DNA of 64,000 bases from an uncultured Phycisphaerales bacterium (GTDB taxonomy: Bacteria > Planctomycetota > Phycisphaerae > Tepidisphaerales > Tepidisphaeraceae), in the NCBI GenBank assembly GCA_963844715.1, contig CAWJPJ010000006.1:192001-256000 (forward strand). The letters run 5' to 3'. The notes beneath the pieces were generated by a model. The model saw nothing but the letters and a program-made list of their open reading frames with translations, was not told the origin of the DNA and ran no database searches. The translations under genes and the position numbers were made by a program. Shown here piece after piece: positions 55,661-64,000 of this stretch (position 1 is the first letter of the stretch; every line of letters starts with the position of its first letter).

Positions 55661-56365
55661 ATGCCTTACCTCTACAAAGAACGTACGCGTCCGGAAAAAT
55701 GGTCGGAATATCGCCGCCGCTCGCCCCATCCCATGCTTCACGCGTTTTTTGCCATCGAGTGGACTTGCGAGTGGATTTCATTCCTGCTCGGAAAGTGGGC
55801 GGTATTGGAAGTGCTGGAATACGTTGGGACGCTCTCCATTTTGGTCGGAGTCATCGCCTACTTTGCGGAGGCGAAGGATCGGCTGGAGCAGAAACATTAC
55901 CAGGCGTGGCTGGTCATCGACGCCGCCCAGGGCAAAAGCGGGAATGGCGGACGTTTAACCGCGCTGGAAGAACTCAATACCGATGGCGTGCCGCTGGTGA
56001 ACATAGATGTCTCCGACGGCTATTTTCGAGGCATCAGCCTTCCCGGGGCGGATTTGTCGCGGTCCAAAATGAGCGGCGCGGATATGCGCGAGGCGAATCT
56101 ATCCGGGGCGAACTTGAGCGAAGCGGGCCTCGTCTACACCAATCTTCGCAACGCGAATCTGCGGAACGTAAACTTCGATTTGGCGATACTTTCCAACGCG
56201 GATCTGATGGGGGCCGACTTAGCCGGGCTTCGCAATTGGAAGTCGATCGATAAGATCGACGGGGCGAATGTTTACGGCGTGAAAAATCCACCCGACGGGT
56301 TTGTTGATTGGGCGAAATCTCAGGGGGCGGTCGAACAGCCGGACACGCCAAGTACACAACCCTGA
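55661..56365 (+). CDS. Pentapeptide repeat protein with one TM segment
   Basis: ADLSR/ADMRE/ANLSG/ANLSE/ANLRN/ADLMG repeats. Confidence 0.85.
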   Translation: MPYLYKERTRPEKWSEYRRRSPHPMLHAFFAIEWTCEWISFLLGKWAVLEVLEYVGTLSILVGVIAYFAEAKDRLEQKHYQAWLVIDAAQGKSGNGGRLTALEELNTDGVPLVNIDVSDGYFRGISLPGADLSRSKMSGADMREANLSGANLSEAGLVYTNLRNANLRNVNFDLAILSNADLMGADLAGLRNWKSIDKIDGANVYGVKNPPDGFVDWAKSQGAVEQPDTPSTQP

Positions 56366-56366
56366 C

Positions 56367-59300
56367 TTATTGCGATGAAAGCTGCCGGTAGTATTCGGTC
56401 AGCGGCTGGGACCACGCCGGCGGGAGTTGCCCGCGCATCACATCGTTGATCTCCTGCTGGAGCTTATCGGTCGGTTGCGGAGTTTGATCCTCTTGTACCG
56501 CAATCTGGCTCCCGAGCAGCAATCGACTCGTTTGCAGGTCGTTCAGCAGCTCATTCTGCGAGGCAAGCGCGTTGTCATATCGATTGGCCTTCAGATCGCT
56601 TTCGATCCGGCCCATCAGCAGAACGGCTTGCTCCAGCTTGAAGTTGTCGTAGCGGATCAGATTGTTTTCCAGATTAAGATGCTCAGCGGTGTTGCGGATG
56701 CCGGCCTGCTGCTGGGTGAGACGGTGTAGCTGATCATAAAGGCTTTGAGGAATGACCGGGGCGGTGCCTTGCAGTCCGGAAGCGCCTTCGCCGGCGAGTT
56801 TTCCGCCGCCGGTTGCGCCGCCGGCTGATTGGTTGCTTTTGTCCTGAACCTGGCCTTTCTGGAAAGGCGTGGGGTCGAGGCGGGTGGGCGTATCGCGGCC
56901 GCCCTTGCCCTGGTAGGTGTCGCCGACATATTCGCCTTCGCTCTTGCCGTTGCGACCCTCGGCGCTGCGGCCCTGCTGATCGTTATTTTTTGGAAGCACG
57001 TTGCCGGTGATTCCGGTGGCGGAGTTGTCGGAGATGCCGCCGTCCGCTCCGCGATGGGCCGCGCCAATGGCGGCGGCGTCACGCCAGTTGGCGTCCTGGT
57101 CGCGCATCTGATTGAACAGGTCCTGCTGATCGGCGAGCAATTTGCCCATCAAATCCTGCAAATCCTTCGGCAGGGGAGGAAGTGGCACATCCGCGCTTCC
57201 CAGCGGGTCTTCCATTTGAAAATGCATCCGATCCGGTCGATCGGCCAGCCATTTATCCAGGGAGTTCTTGATCTCCTTGCCCATCCCCATGGCCGATTCA
57301 TCGAGGGGAACGGCTAATTCCATGTCCGGGGTTTTCATGGCGTCTTTGGCGAGCTGAATTTGCTTCACGATCGGAATCAGATCCTTGACCATGTGGGCGT
57401 GAGCCATGTCTTGCGGTCCTTCGCTCGAAAATGTCGAAAGCATCTCCTGGGCGAAGGAGGCGAGATTGTCCTGCTGAAGCCGGACTTTCGAAAGCTGGTC
57501 TTTTTGCGCATCGTCGAAATTCTCCGATGGGATTTTGGCGAGCGACGCGGTTTGATCGAGGGTCTTGCGCTGGGCCTCCAGGAATTTCTTAAGGGCGTCG
57601 TCGAGATGTCGGTAGGCGTCGGCCTTGCTGAGGAGGGGTGCGTTGCCGCGCGAGGGTTCCGTCGCGGGGGGCGCGGCCGGAGTGATCATTCCCAGGAGGC
57701 TGTCCAGGGAACTGAGAATGAGGCGCTGCTGATCGGCCAGGCGGGCAATCAATGTGGTTCGCTCGCTTTCGACCGGCTCGATGATGATCGCGGCCGAGAG
57801 ATCGACGGCTTGTTGGGCGGGGTCGGCGGCCAGCATTTGAAGCGTACGCTGAACGATTTGAGTATCCGCGTCAAACTCGAACCGGGCCGCAACGTCGATC
57901 ATGCGATTGCGTAGCGCCGTTTGCCCCGCGTTGATCGACGGCATGGGCGCGGCCTGGACCACCGAATCGATATACCTCTGCTGATCGGCTCGCATGAGCG
58001 TCAAAATCTTCCGCAGCTTTTCGGCGCGAGCGGCGGAATCCGCGGTTATCCGGTCCGGAGCAGCGAAAGTGATCCGGTAGATCGACGAACGCGCGGACTG
58101 CGGACCGCCGTCGGGAATCGTCGCCCGCAGGTCGCGATTGTCGACGGCTTCGATTTGCAATTGGATGGTCGAGCCGTCGCGGCAATCTTCGTCGGGGAGA
58201 TGAACGGGAATTTGCAAATGGTATACGTTCGGTTGAGACGCGAAATCAGACGGTGCCGCTTCGGCGATGACAACTGACGGGGAATTGCCCGCGCCGAGGA
58301 GGACGCGGCCGGCCGTCAGGCCCCAATCATCTGACAAGTCGGCTTCCACCGTGAGATCATTCGTCGGCGGCAGGATCAAATTCGCGCGATCAGGCCAGAC
58401 AACATGAATCGACGGCGGCTGGTCGATCTGGGCATGAACCACTACAGGCGGCTCCGGAAGCTTGGCGATTGTTTCCCGGCCTTGCAGGATGCTTACGGAA
58501 AGGGTTTCGTCGCCGGTCAGTTTGGAAGTGACACTGCCATGACCCCCCGATGGCGGCGAGAAATCGACGCTTAGCTTTAAATCGCTCCCTTGGGGGAACG
58601 TGAACGGCCCAGCGCCATGAACGACCGACGGCAGCTGCTTCGTATAAGCGGGCGGCTGCACGAGCAAACTCATTCCCAAAAGTTGGGCCTCGGGAAGGAC
58701 GGTGACGGCGTACCATTCGCTTTGCGTCGAGCCGACTTCAACGCGATATCGCAGCGATTGATCGACGTGATCGATTTCGTGGTCGTATCGAAGCGAACTG
58801 TCGGCCAAGGAATGCTGAGCGAGCAACACCACCGGATTATTCTCAACTATCAATCGCCCCTGCGGCGGCGGAGTTCGTGGAGCGCTCGCCTTCACGACAA
58901 TTTGCAGATCCTGCCCCGCGACGAGCGTCACGTTGCCGGGTTGGACGGACAGGATTTGCACCGTTCCGACTTGGGGGATGAATCGATTCGGCGCCAGCAT
59001 CTGGTTCCAACCGTGACGAAATTCAACGCCGAACAATTGGGCGACTATGATCGCACCAAGGATCCAAATCAGCAGGTTGATCGCCAGATGCCGGAGATTC
59101 CAAAATCGCACGGCGTTTTTCAGGGGTTTGTCCTGGATGTCGTGCAGAACTTCGTCGTAGATGCGCGGGACGAATGGATTGGTTTGAAGATCGGCGGAGC
59201 GCACCAAAAGCAGTGAATTGGTGAGGCCGTTGTTGAGATCGGCGAATTTCTGTTCGATCAATCGAGCGATTTGAACCGGTCGCAAAGGCTTGAATAGCGG

Positions 59301-59543
59301 AATCGCTATCCAAAAAAGAGCGGAAAAAGCGACCCAGGCGATCCATAATCCTGCGATAACAATTACCGGCGGTCCCTGGCCAAGAAAATGGGCGGCAAAC
59401 GCCGCGGCTACCCAGGTGACATACGCCCAGGCAAGCCAGAGCATGAGCCCGCGCACGAGGAGCCGGAGGCGGTATCGCCGCCTCACCGCGCCAATCCGTG
59501 CGGCGATTGATTCATACGCGGGATAAGTGGCCGGTTCCGTCAC
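56367..59543 (-). CDS. Large membrane-anchored coiled-coil protein (DUF4175-like, PVC-type)
   Basis: 1058 aa; N-terminal TMs, ARLIEQKFADLNNGLTNSL, Ig-like middle with DDWGL, Gln/Gly-rich coiled-coil, C-terminal LPPAW..LTEYYRQL. Confidence 0.7.
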   Translation of the reverse strand: MTEPATYPAYESIAARIGAVRRRYRLRLLVRGLMLWLAWAYVTWVAAAFAAHFLGQGPPVIVIAGLWIAWVAFSALFWIAIPLFKPLRPVQIARLIEQKFADLNNGLTNSLLLVRSADLQTNPFVPRIYDEVLHDIQDKPLKNAVRFWNLRHLAINLLIWILGAIIVAQLFGVEFRHGWNQMLAPNRFIPQVGTVQILSVQPGNVTLVAGQDLQIVVKASAPRTPPPQGRLIVENNPVVLLAQHSLADSSLRYDHEIDHVDQSLRYRVEVGSTQSEWYAVTVLPEAQLLGMSLLVQPPAYTKQLPSVVHGAGPFTFPQGSDLKLSVDFSPPSGGHGSVTSKLTGDETLSVSILQGRETIAKLPEPPVVVHAQIDQPPSIHVVWPDRANLILPPTNDLTVEADLSDDWGLTAGRVLLGAGNSPSVVIAEAAPSDFASQPNVYHLQIPVHLPDEDCRDGSTIQLQIEAVDNRDLRATIPDGGPQSARSSIYRITFAAPDRITADSAARAEKLRKILTLMRADQQRYIDSVVQAAPMPSINAGQTALRNRMIDVAARFEFDADTQIVQRTLQMLAADPAQQAVDLSAAIIIEPVESERTTLIARLADQQRLILSSLDSLLGMITPAAPPATEPSRGNAPLLSKADAYRHLDDALKKFLEAQRKTLDQTASLAKIPSENFDDAQKDQLSKVRLQQDNLASFAQEMLSTFSSEGPQDMAHAHMVKDLIPIVKQIQLAKDAMKTPDMELAVPLDESAMGMGKEIKNSLDKWLADRPDRMHFQMEDPLGSADVPLPPLPKDLQDLMGKLLADQQDLFNQMRDQDANWRDAAAIGAAHRGADGGISDNSATGITGNVLPKNNDQQGRSAEGRNGKSEGEYVGDTYQGKGGRDTPTRLDPTPFQKGQVQDKSNQSAGGATGGGKLAGEGASGLQGTAPVIPQSLYDQLHRLTQQQAGIRNTAEHLNLENNLIRYDNFKLEQAVLLMGRIESDLKANRYDNALASQNELLNDLQTSRLLLGSQIAVQEDQTPQPTDKLQQEINDVMRGQLPPAWSQPLTEYYRQLSSQ

Positions 59544-59656
59544 GGTTAATCCAGTCTCATCATAATTATCGAGCGAATTGGGCGATAGTCGCGGACATTA
59601 TTGCGCGGTCCGCCGATCGAGTTTGACAACTCCAATTTTGGCCGGATATTACAGGC

Positions 59657-60250
59657 ATGGGAACGCTGAAGAGCTTTCAACTGGGGTATTTCATCGAACA
59701 TTTCGGGGCCAAAGTCCTGGTTGAGACGGGAACGGGCACTGGCCACAGCCTTCGATATGCCAGGACGTTTCCATTCGAGGCGATTTATTCGATCGAGATT
59801 GTGCCCGAGCAGGTGGAAAAGTTGCGGCCCCAGTTCGCGGACGATCCGCGAATTCATCTGATCGCCGGGCAAAGCACGGCAGCGCTGCAAGAGCTGATCC
59901 CGCAGATCAAAAGCAACGCGATTTTTTGGCTCGACGCGCATTTCCCCGGGGCGGACCTGGGGCTGAACCGGTACGAGGAAGCGGGCGAGGTTTCGGTCAG
60001 CCTGCCGCTGCAAAGCGAATTGGAGATGATCCGGGATATGCGGACAGGTCATCGCGACGTGATCCTCATCGACGATTTGCGGATTTACGAGCGCGACAAT
60101 TTCGAGCGCGGCAACGCCGCCGACAAGGTGCCTGGCTATGAGTGGCCGACCGATTCACGCTTCCTCTACACGACCTTCGAGAAAACCCACAAGTGCCACA
60201 GATTCCTCGAGCACGAGGGATATATCGCCCTTTTGCCGAAGGACGAGTAG
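59657..60250 (+). CDS. Methyltransferase-fold hypothetical protein
   Basis: LVETGTGTG, YSIEI, FWLDAHF, VILIDDLR. Confidence 0.75.
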   Translation: MGTLKSFQLGYFIEHFGAKVLVETGTGTGHSLRYARTFPFEAIYSIEIVPEQVEKLRPQFADDPRIHLIAGQSTAALQELIPQIKSNAIFWLDAHFPGADLGLNRYEEAGEVSVSLPLQSELEMIRDMRTGHRDVILIDDLRIYERDNFERGNAADKVPGYEWPTDSRFLYTTFEKTHKCHRFLEHEGYIALLPKDE

Positions 60251-60328
60251 AAGTAAAACCAGCGACGAACGGGAGCTTGCGCTGCCTTTTCGTTCATCAC
60301 CCGGCGGTCATCATTCAGCATTTTCGAT

Positions 60329-60928
60329 TCAGACGATCTTGCACGCCTCGTCGAACGGAAGTCTCTCGAAGCGCAGGCGCAACTTTTCCGGCTCGCCATA
60401 ACCCAGATTGATGAGGAAGTTGGACTTCCACCGCCCGTCGGGGAAGAACTCGGCATCGAGCTTTTCGTTGTCGAATCCGGACATCGGGCCCGCGTCCAGG
60501 CCCAGGGCGCGGGCGGCCATGATGAGATAGGCCCCCTGAAGCGTTCCATTGCGGAAGGCGTGCGTAATGGCGAATTGTTCCTTGCCGGGCTGCGTGAATG
60601 CGTCCTTCATCGCGGGCATCGGGGGAAAAAGGCGCGGGATATGTTCGTAAAATTTCAAATCGTATGCGACGATTGCGCAAACCGGCGCGGCCATGGTCTT
60701 GTCGACGTTCCCGGGCGCCAATGCGGGCTTGAGCCGTTCCTTGCCGGCGGCGGATTTTACGAAGACGACACGCATGGGCATCGTATTGGCCGAGGTGGGC
60801 CCGAGCTTGGCCAGATCGTACACCGCGCGAAGCACTTCATCCGGCACAGGCTTGTTTTGCCAGGCTATATGAGTTCGCGCTTTTCGAAAAATGGTATCGA
60901 GCCCCTCGTCGTTCAATAGCGTGCCCAT
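60329..60928 (-). CDS. rutE: Nitroreductase-family malonic semialdehyde reductase (RutE-like)
   Basis: [59 protein letters not shown]. Confidence 0.85.
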   Translation of the reverse strand: MGTLLNDEGLDTIFRKARTHIAWQNKPVPDEVLRAVYDLAKLGPTSANTMPMRVVFVKSAAGKERLKPALAPGNVDKTMAAPVCAIVAYDLKFYEHIPRLFPPMPAMKDAFTQPGKEQFAITHAFRNGTLQGAYLIMAARALGLDAGPMSGFDNEKLDAEFFPDGRWKSNFLINLGYGEPEKLRLRFERLPFDEACKIV

Positions 60929-61035
60929 TAAAGGTGTTCCTTTCTTTTGCGTGGCGAATCACATTAGGCGCAAGGGGCGGATGTTTCAAATCGGCGTACT
61001 TGACACCTCCCGGCCATTGCGTTGGACTTCCAATC

Positions 61036-62241
61036 ATGCCGAAGCGGGTTTTCATCACGGTGGGGGAGGCCAGCGGCGATCAGCACGCCGGAAACCTCAT
61101 CCGCGCCATGCGCGAGCTGGAACCCGATCTGATCGTCGAAGGGCTCGGCGGGGGGGAAATGGCCGCGGCGGGGGCGATCATTCACCACGACACCGTCACC
61201 AAGGCGGCCATGACCTGGAAGGCGATTTTCCGGTATCTCGATCTCGGGCAACAGCTTTTCTGGACCAAGGATTACTTTAAGCAGTATCGGCCGAACCTTC
61301 AGATCTGTATCGATTCATGGACCATGAACTGGCACTGGGCGAAGATGGCCAAGGAGATGGGGGTTCCGGTTTTGTATTACATCACGCCGCAGGTCTGGGC
61401 CAGCCGGCGCGGGCGGATCAAGAACCTGGCGCGCTTTGTGGATCGGGTCGCATGCATTCTGCCGTTTGAGGAGCAATTGTTTCGCCAGGCCGGGATGGAG
61501 GCGACGTTCGTCGGGCACCCGCTCTTCGACGCGCTTCCGACACATGAGGAGACCCATTCAAGCGCGCGGTTCCCAAATCGGCCGCCGATTGTTGCGCTGG
61601 TGCCGGGATCGCGCTCGAGCGTGGCGCGGGAGAATTTTCCGCACCTGATGGACGTTTCGCGGCGAATCACGCAGGAATTCCCCGAGGCGACTTTTGTCGT
61701 CCCGACCATGCCCGCGACGCACGCCGCTGTGCGGCAAGTGTTGGAGGCCGCGGAAGGACCCACGACCCCCAAGGGGGATTTGCTCATCGCCGGGAAATAC
61801 ACGATCGGCATGAATCAGTTCGACGAACTGGTCGGACAGAGCGATTTATGCATCACGGTTTCCGGAACGGCGACGCTTCACGCCGCCGGGCTGGGGGTGC
61901 CGATCATCGTGGTGTATCGTATCAACCCGTTTCACTGGCATCTGGTCGGCCGCTGGGTGGTCAAGACGCGAACCTATTCGCTGGTGAATCTGCTCAACCG
62001 GGGGAACCATCAGATCGTCCCGGAATATGTGCCGTGGTACGGCTCCAATTCCGTCGTCGCGGAAAAGGCTTTGGAATATCTCCGCGATCCGAAACTCCTG
62101 GATCAGCAGCGCGAGCAATTGGGGAACCTGATGCGCACGCTCAACCGCCCCGGGGCGAGCCGAAATGCGGCGAAGATCGCCACGGAGATGATGGATGCGC
62201 GGGCACTGACGCGCGTCGAAGGCGTTACAGTTCCGCGATAA
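61036..62241 (+). CDS. lpxB: Lipid-A-disaccharide synthase
   Basis: GEASGD, YYITPQVWASR, CILPFE, FVGHPL, LVPGSR, SGTATL, YSLVNLL..IVPE. Confidence 0.93.
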   Translation: MPKRVFITVGEASGDQHAGNLIRAMRELEPDLIVEGLGGGEMAAAGAIIHHDTVTKAAMTWKAIFRYLDLGQQLFWTKDYFKQYRPNLQICIDSWTMNWHWAKMAKEMGVPVLYYITPQVWASRRGRIKNLARFVDRVACILPFEEQLFRQAGMEATFVGHPLFDALPTHEETHSSARFPNRPPIVALVPGSRSSVARENFPHLMDVSRRITQEFPEATFVVPTMPATHAAVRQVLEAAEGPTTPKGDLLIAGKYTIGMNQFDELVGQSDLCITVSGTATLHAAGLGVPIIVVYRINPFHWHLVGRWVVKTRTYSLVNLLNRGNHQIVPEYVPWYGSNSVVAEKALEYLRDPKLLDQQREQLGNLMRTLNRPGASRNAAKIATEMMDARALTRVEGVTVPR

Positions 62242-64000
62242 CGCGAGGGGATAAAAAGACCAGATGAATGGCCGCCACTTTCGCCCCGGCGATGGTTTCC
62301 ATCGCGGCTCGGTAATGTTCCATTTGACCTTTATAAGTTTCCATACGCTGGCGCACGTCATCGGGCGTCAGGCGATCGGTTTTATAATCGACAATGGCGA
62401 CTTTGCCGCCGGCCTGACGAATCAGAAGATCGATCCGCCCGCGGATCATGGTCTGATCGGCCGCGTCGGCCGCGGGATCGCTTGAATAACCCATCGCGAA
62501 CGGAATTTCCCGAATGACATCGGATTGCCGGCGGGCAAGTTCCTTCGCCAGATCTGTGGAAAAGAACCACGCGAGGGCGGGGCGATCGATCAACGCGGCC
62601 TGCGCCGGCGAGAGGAATTTGCCGCGCGACCAGATCCTTGATCTGAGCCGCGATTCCCGCCTCGGAGGCGGCGGAAAAATCGCACAATTCCAGAAAACGA
62701 TGCGTCGCGGTTCCGATATCGGTCGGCTTGGGGGCAGCCACCGCCTCGAAGAAACTCGGCAGGTCAAGCTTTCGCAGCAGCCGCTCTTCCGGTCCTTCTC
62801 CCTCTAGCAGCGCCCGCGCTCTTATTCCCTCTCCCCTGTCCTCCGATAATTTCCGCAGGATGGGTGAGGGATAAACCGTCAGCAAGCACGTTGCCATTCC
62901 GCTTTGCCCTGGTGCTTACCGATTGAGCAGCGGGCACGACTGTCATCGCGGCGTGCGCATAGCTCTTACTGAATCGGCCTATGACTTGATCGGCCAGCCC
63001 ATTCGGCGACGGGGTACTGGCGAGCGGCTCCAGTTTCGCCATCGACTTCTGCCCCTCATCAAATCCCGCCTTCGTGCGGCTGGGATGCTTCCAGGTTTGC
63101 CACTCTTCCGGCTCGATCGTCGTTACGTCGAAAACGGGAGACTGCGATTGCCCGCTCATCCTCCATATCGGCCCAAGCCAAAAGATCGGCCCGCGCGCCC
63201 CCAGCACGACATCCGCCGGCAGCGCGCCGGTATGGTGCCGCCACAAATTCTCCCATTCCTCAAGCGCGGTGGCCCGGCAGGTCCCCACGCAAACCAAATG
63301 CTCCTTGGCACGCGTCATCGCGACGTAAAGCAACCGCAATTCCTCGGCGATCGTCTGCCTATGCAAACTATGCGAAACGAGAGTCGAGGAAACGGAGTCA
63401 TGGCGAATGAACCGGCGTTCGTCGACGACCTGCATCCCCAGGCCGGCGGCGCGATCCGCGAGAATTGCCCCTTGCGCATCCTTTAGGTTGTGAGCTTTTC
63501 CCAGATCAGGCAGAAATACAACCGGAAATTCCAATCCCTTGGCGCGGTGAATGCTCATGATGCGGACCACGTTTTGAGCATCCGCGGCCGGTGATGGGCG
63601 CTGAGGGTCCTGCTCTTGCCGGAGCGATTCCAAAAATCGCAGGAATCGCCCCAATCCCTGCCGAAGGAAATGACTGAACTGCGCCGCGCGATCGTGCAGG
63701 TCCAGAAGATTCGCGACGCGCTGCCGCCCGTCTTCTAGGCCGGACACATAGGCGAGATATCCCGTCTCTTGATAGATCGACCAGATCAAATCGGCGGCGG
63801 GGCGTTTGTTGGCCTGATCGCGCCAATCCTCCAACCGCGCAAAAAGCCATCGCAGATGCGCCGCCCATTCGTCGTTTTGCTCCTGGGCATATCGATAAAC
63901 CGCCTGATGGAACGGGATCTCCTCCGCCTCGTCGCGATACGCGAGGTGAATCCGCGCGAGGCACTCGTCGGGTTGGGGCACATCCGCCAGGGGACTGCGC
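62225..64000 (-). CDS. addA: AddA/UvrD-like helicase-nuclease, 5' part outside window, frameshifted
   Basis: VRIMSIHRAKGLEFPVVF, EELRLLYVAMTRAKEHL, GTATHRFLE, REIPF, IRGRIDLL, IVDYKTD. Confidence 0.9.

Noticed and set aside
1..64000. Mass pseudogenisation (more than 20 frameshifted genes)
   Set aside because: Breaks are single-base shifts, often in GC or homopolymer runs, with intact motifs on both sides and spread over unrelated genes including addA; this fits uncorrected long-read error better

Overview
GC-rich bacterial chromosomal segment, most likely a planctomycete (Phycisphaerae/Tepidisphaerales-like, inferred from two LEPR-type extracellular leader motifs, a Minf_1886-family gene, lpxB, and PEGA/TolB and TPR glycosyltransferases). 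It holds about 50 protein genes: transport (MFS, TolC, ABC, DMT), many glycosylation enzymes (ArnT-like and TMTC-like GT-C, GT4-TPR-GT41, two TPR-GT9-like, DUF5672, epimerase), secreted hydrolases (pectinesterase, FN3-calpain, S1/P1-like, beta-helix protein), lutABC, regBA, glcD, trpF, oligoendopeptidase F, aroF, rutE-like, lpxB and a partial addA. More than 20 genes are split by single-base frameshifts, which looks like long-read sequencing error rather than true decay. Family names come from motif recognition only; no searches were run. Highlights: (1) an unannotated 24-aa Tyr/Trp/Phe-rich leader peptide with a complete 1:2 / 2:3 / 3:4 attenuator upstream of DAHP synthase; (2) a RAYT-like HUH transposase between perfect 31-bp inverted REPs, with covarying REP relatives elsewhere; (3) an intact IS5-family element inserted in a heptamer repeat; (4) several families of dispersed palindromic/heptamer repeats, some translated inside proteins and some forming mosaics that bracket small genes; (5) an adenylate-kinase-like/NDT-like fusion; (6) a GC-skew switch near 50 kb. 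No rRNA, tRNA, CRISPR array or prophage was recognised.
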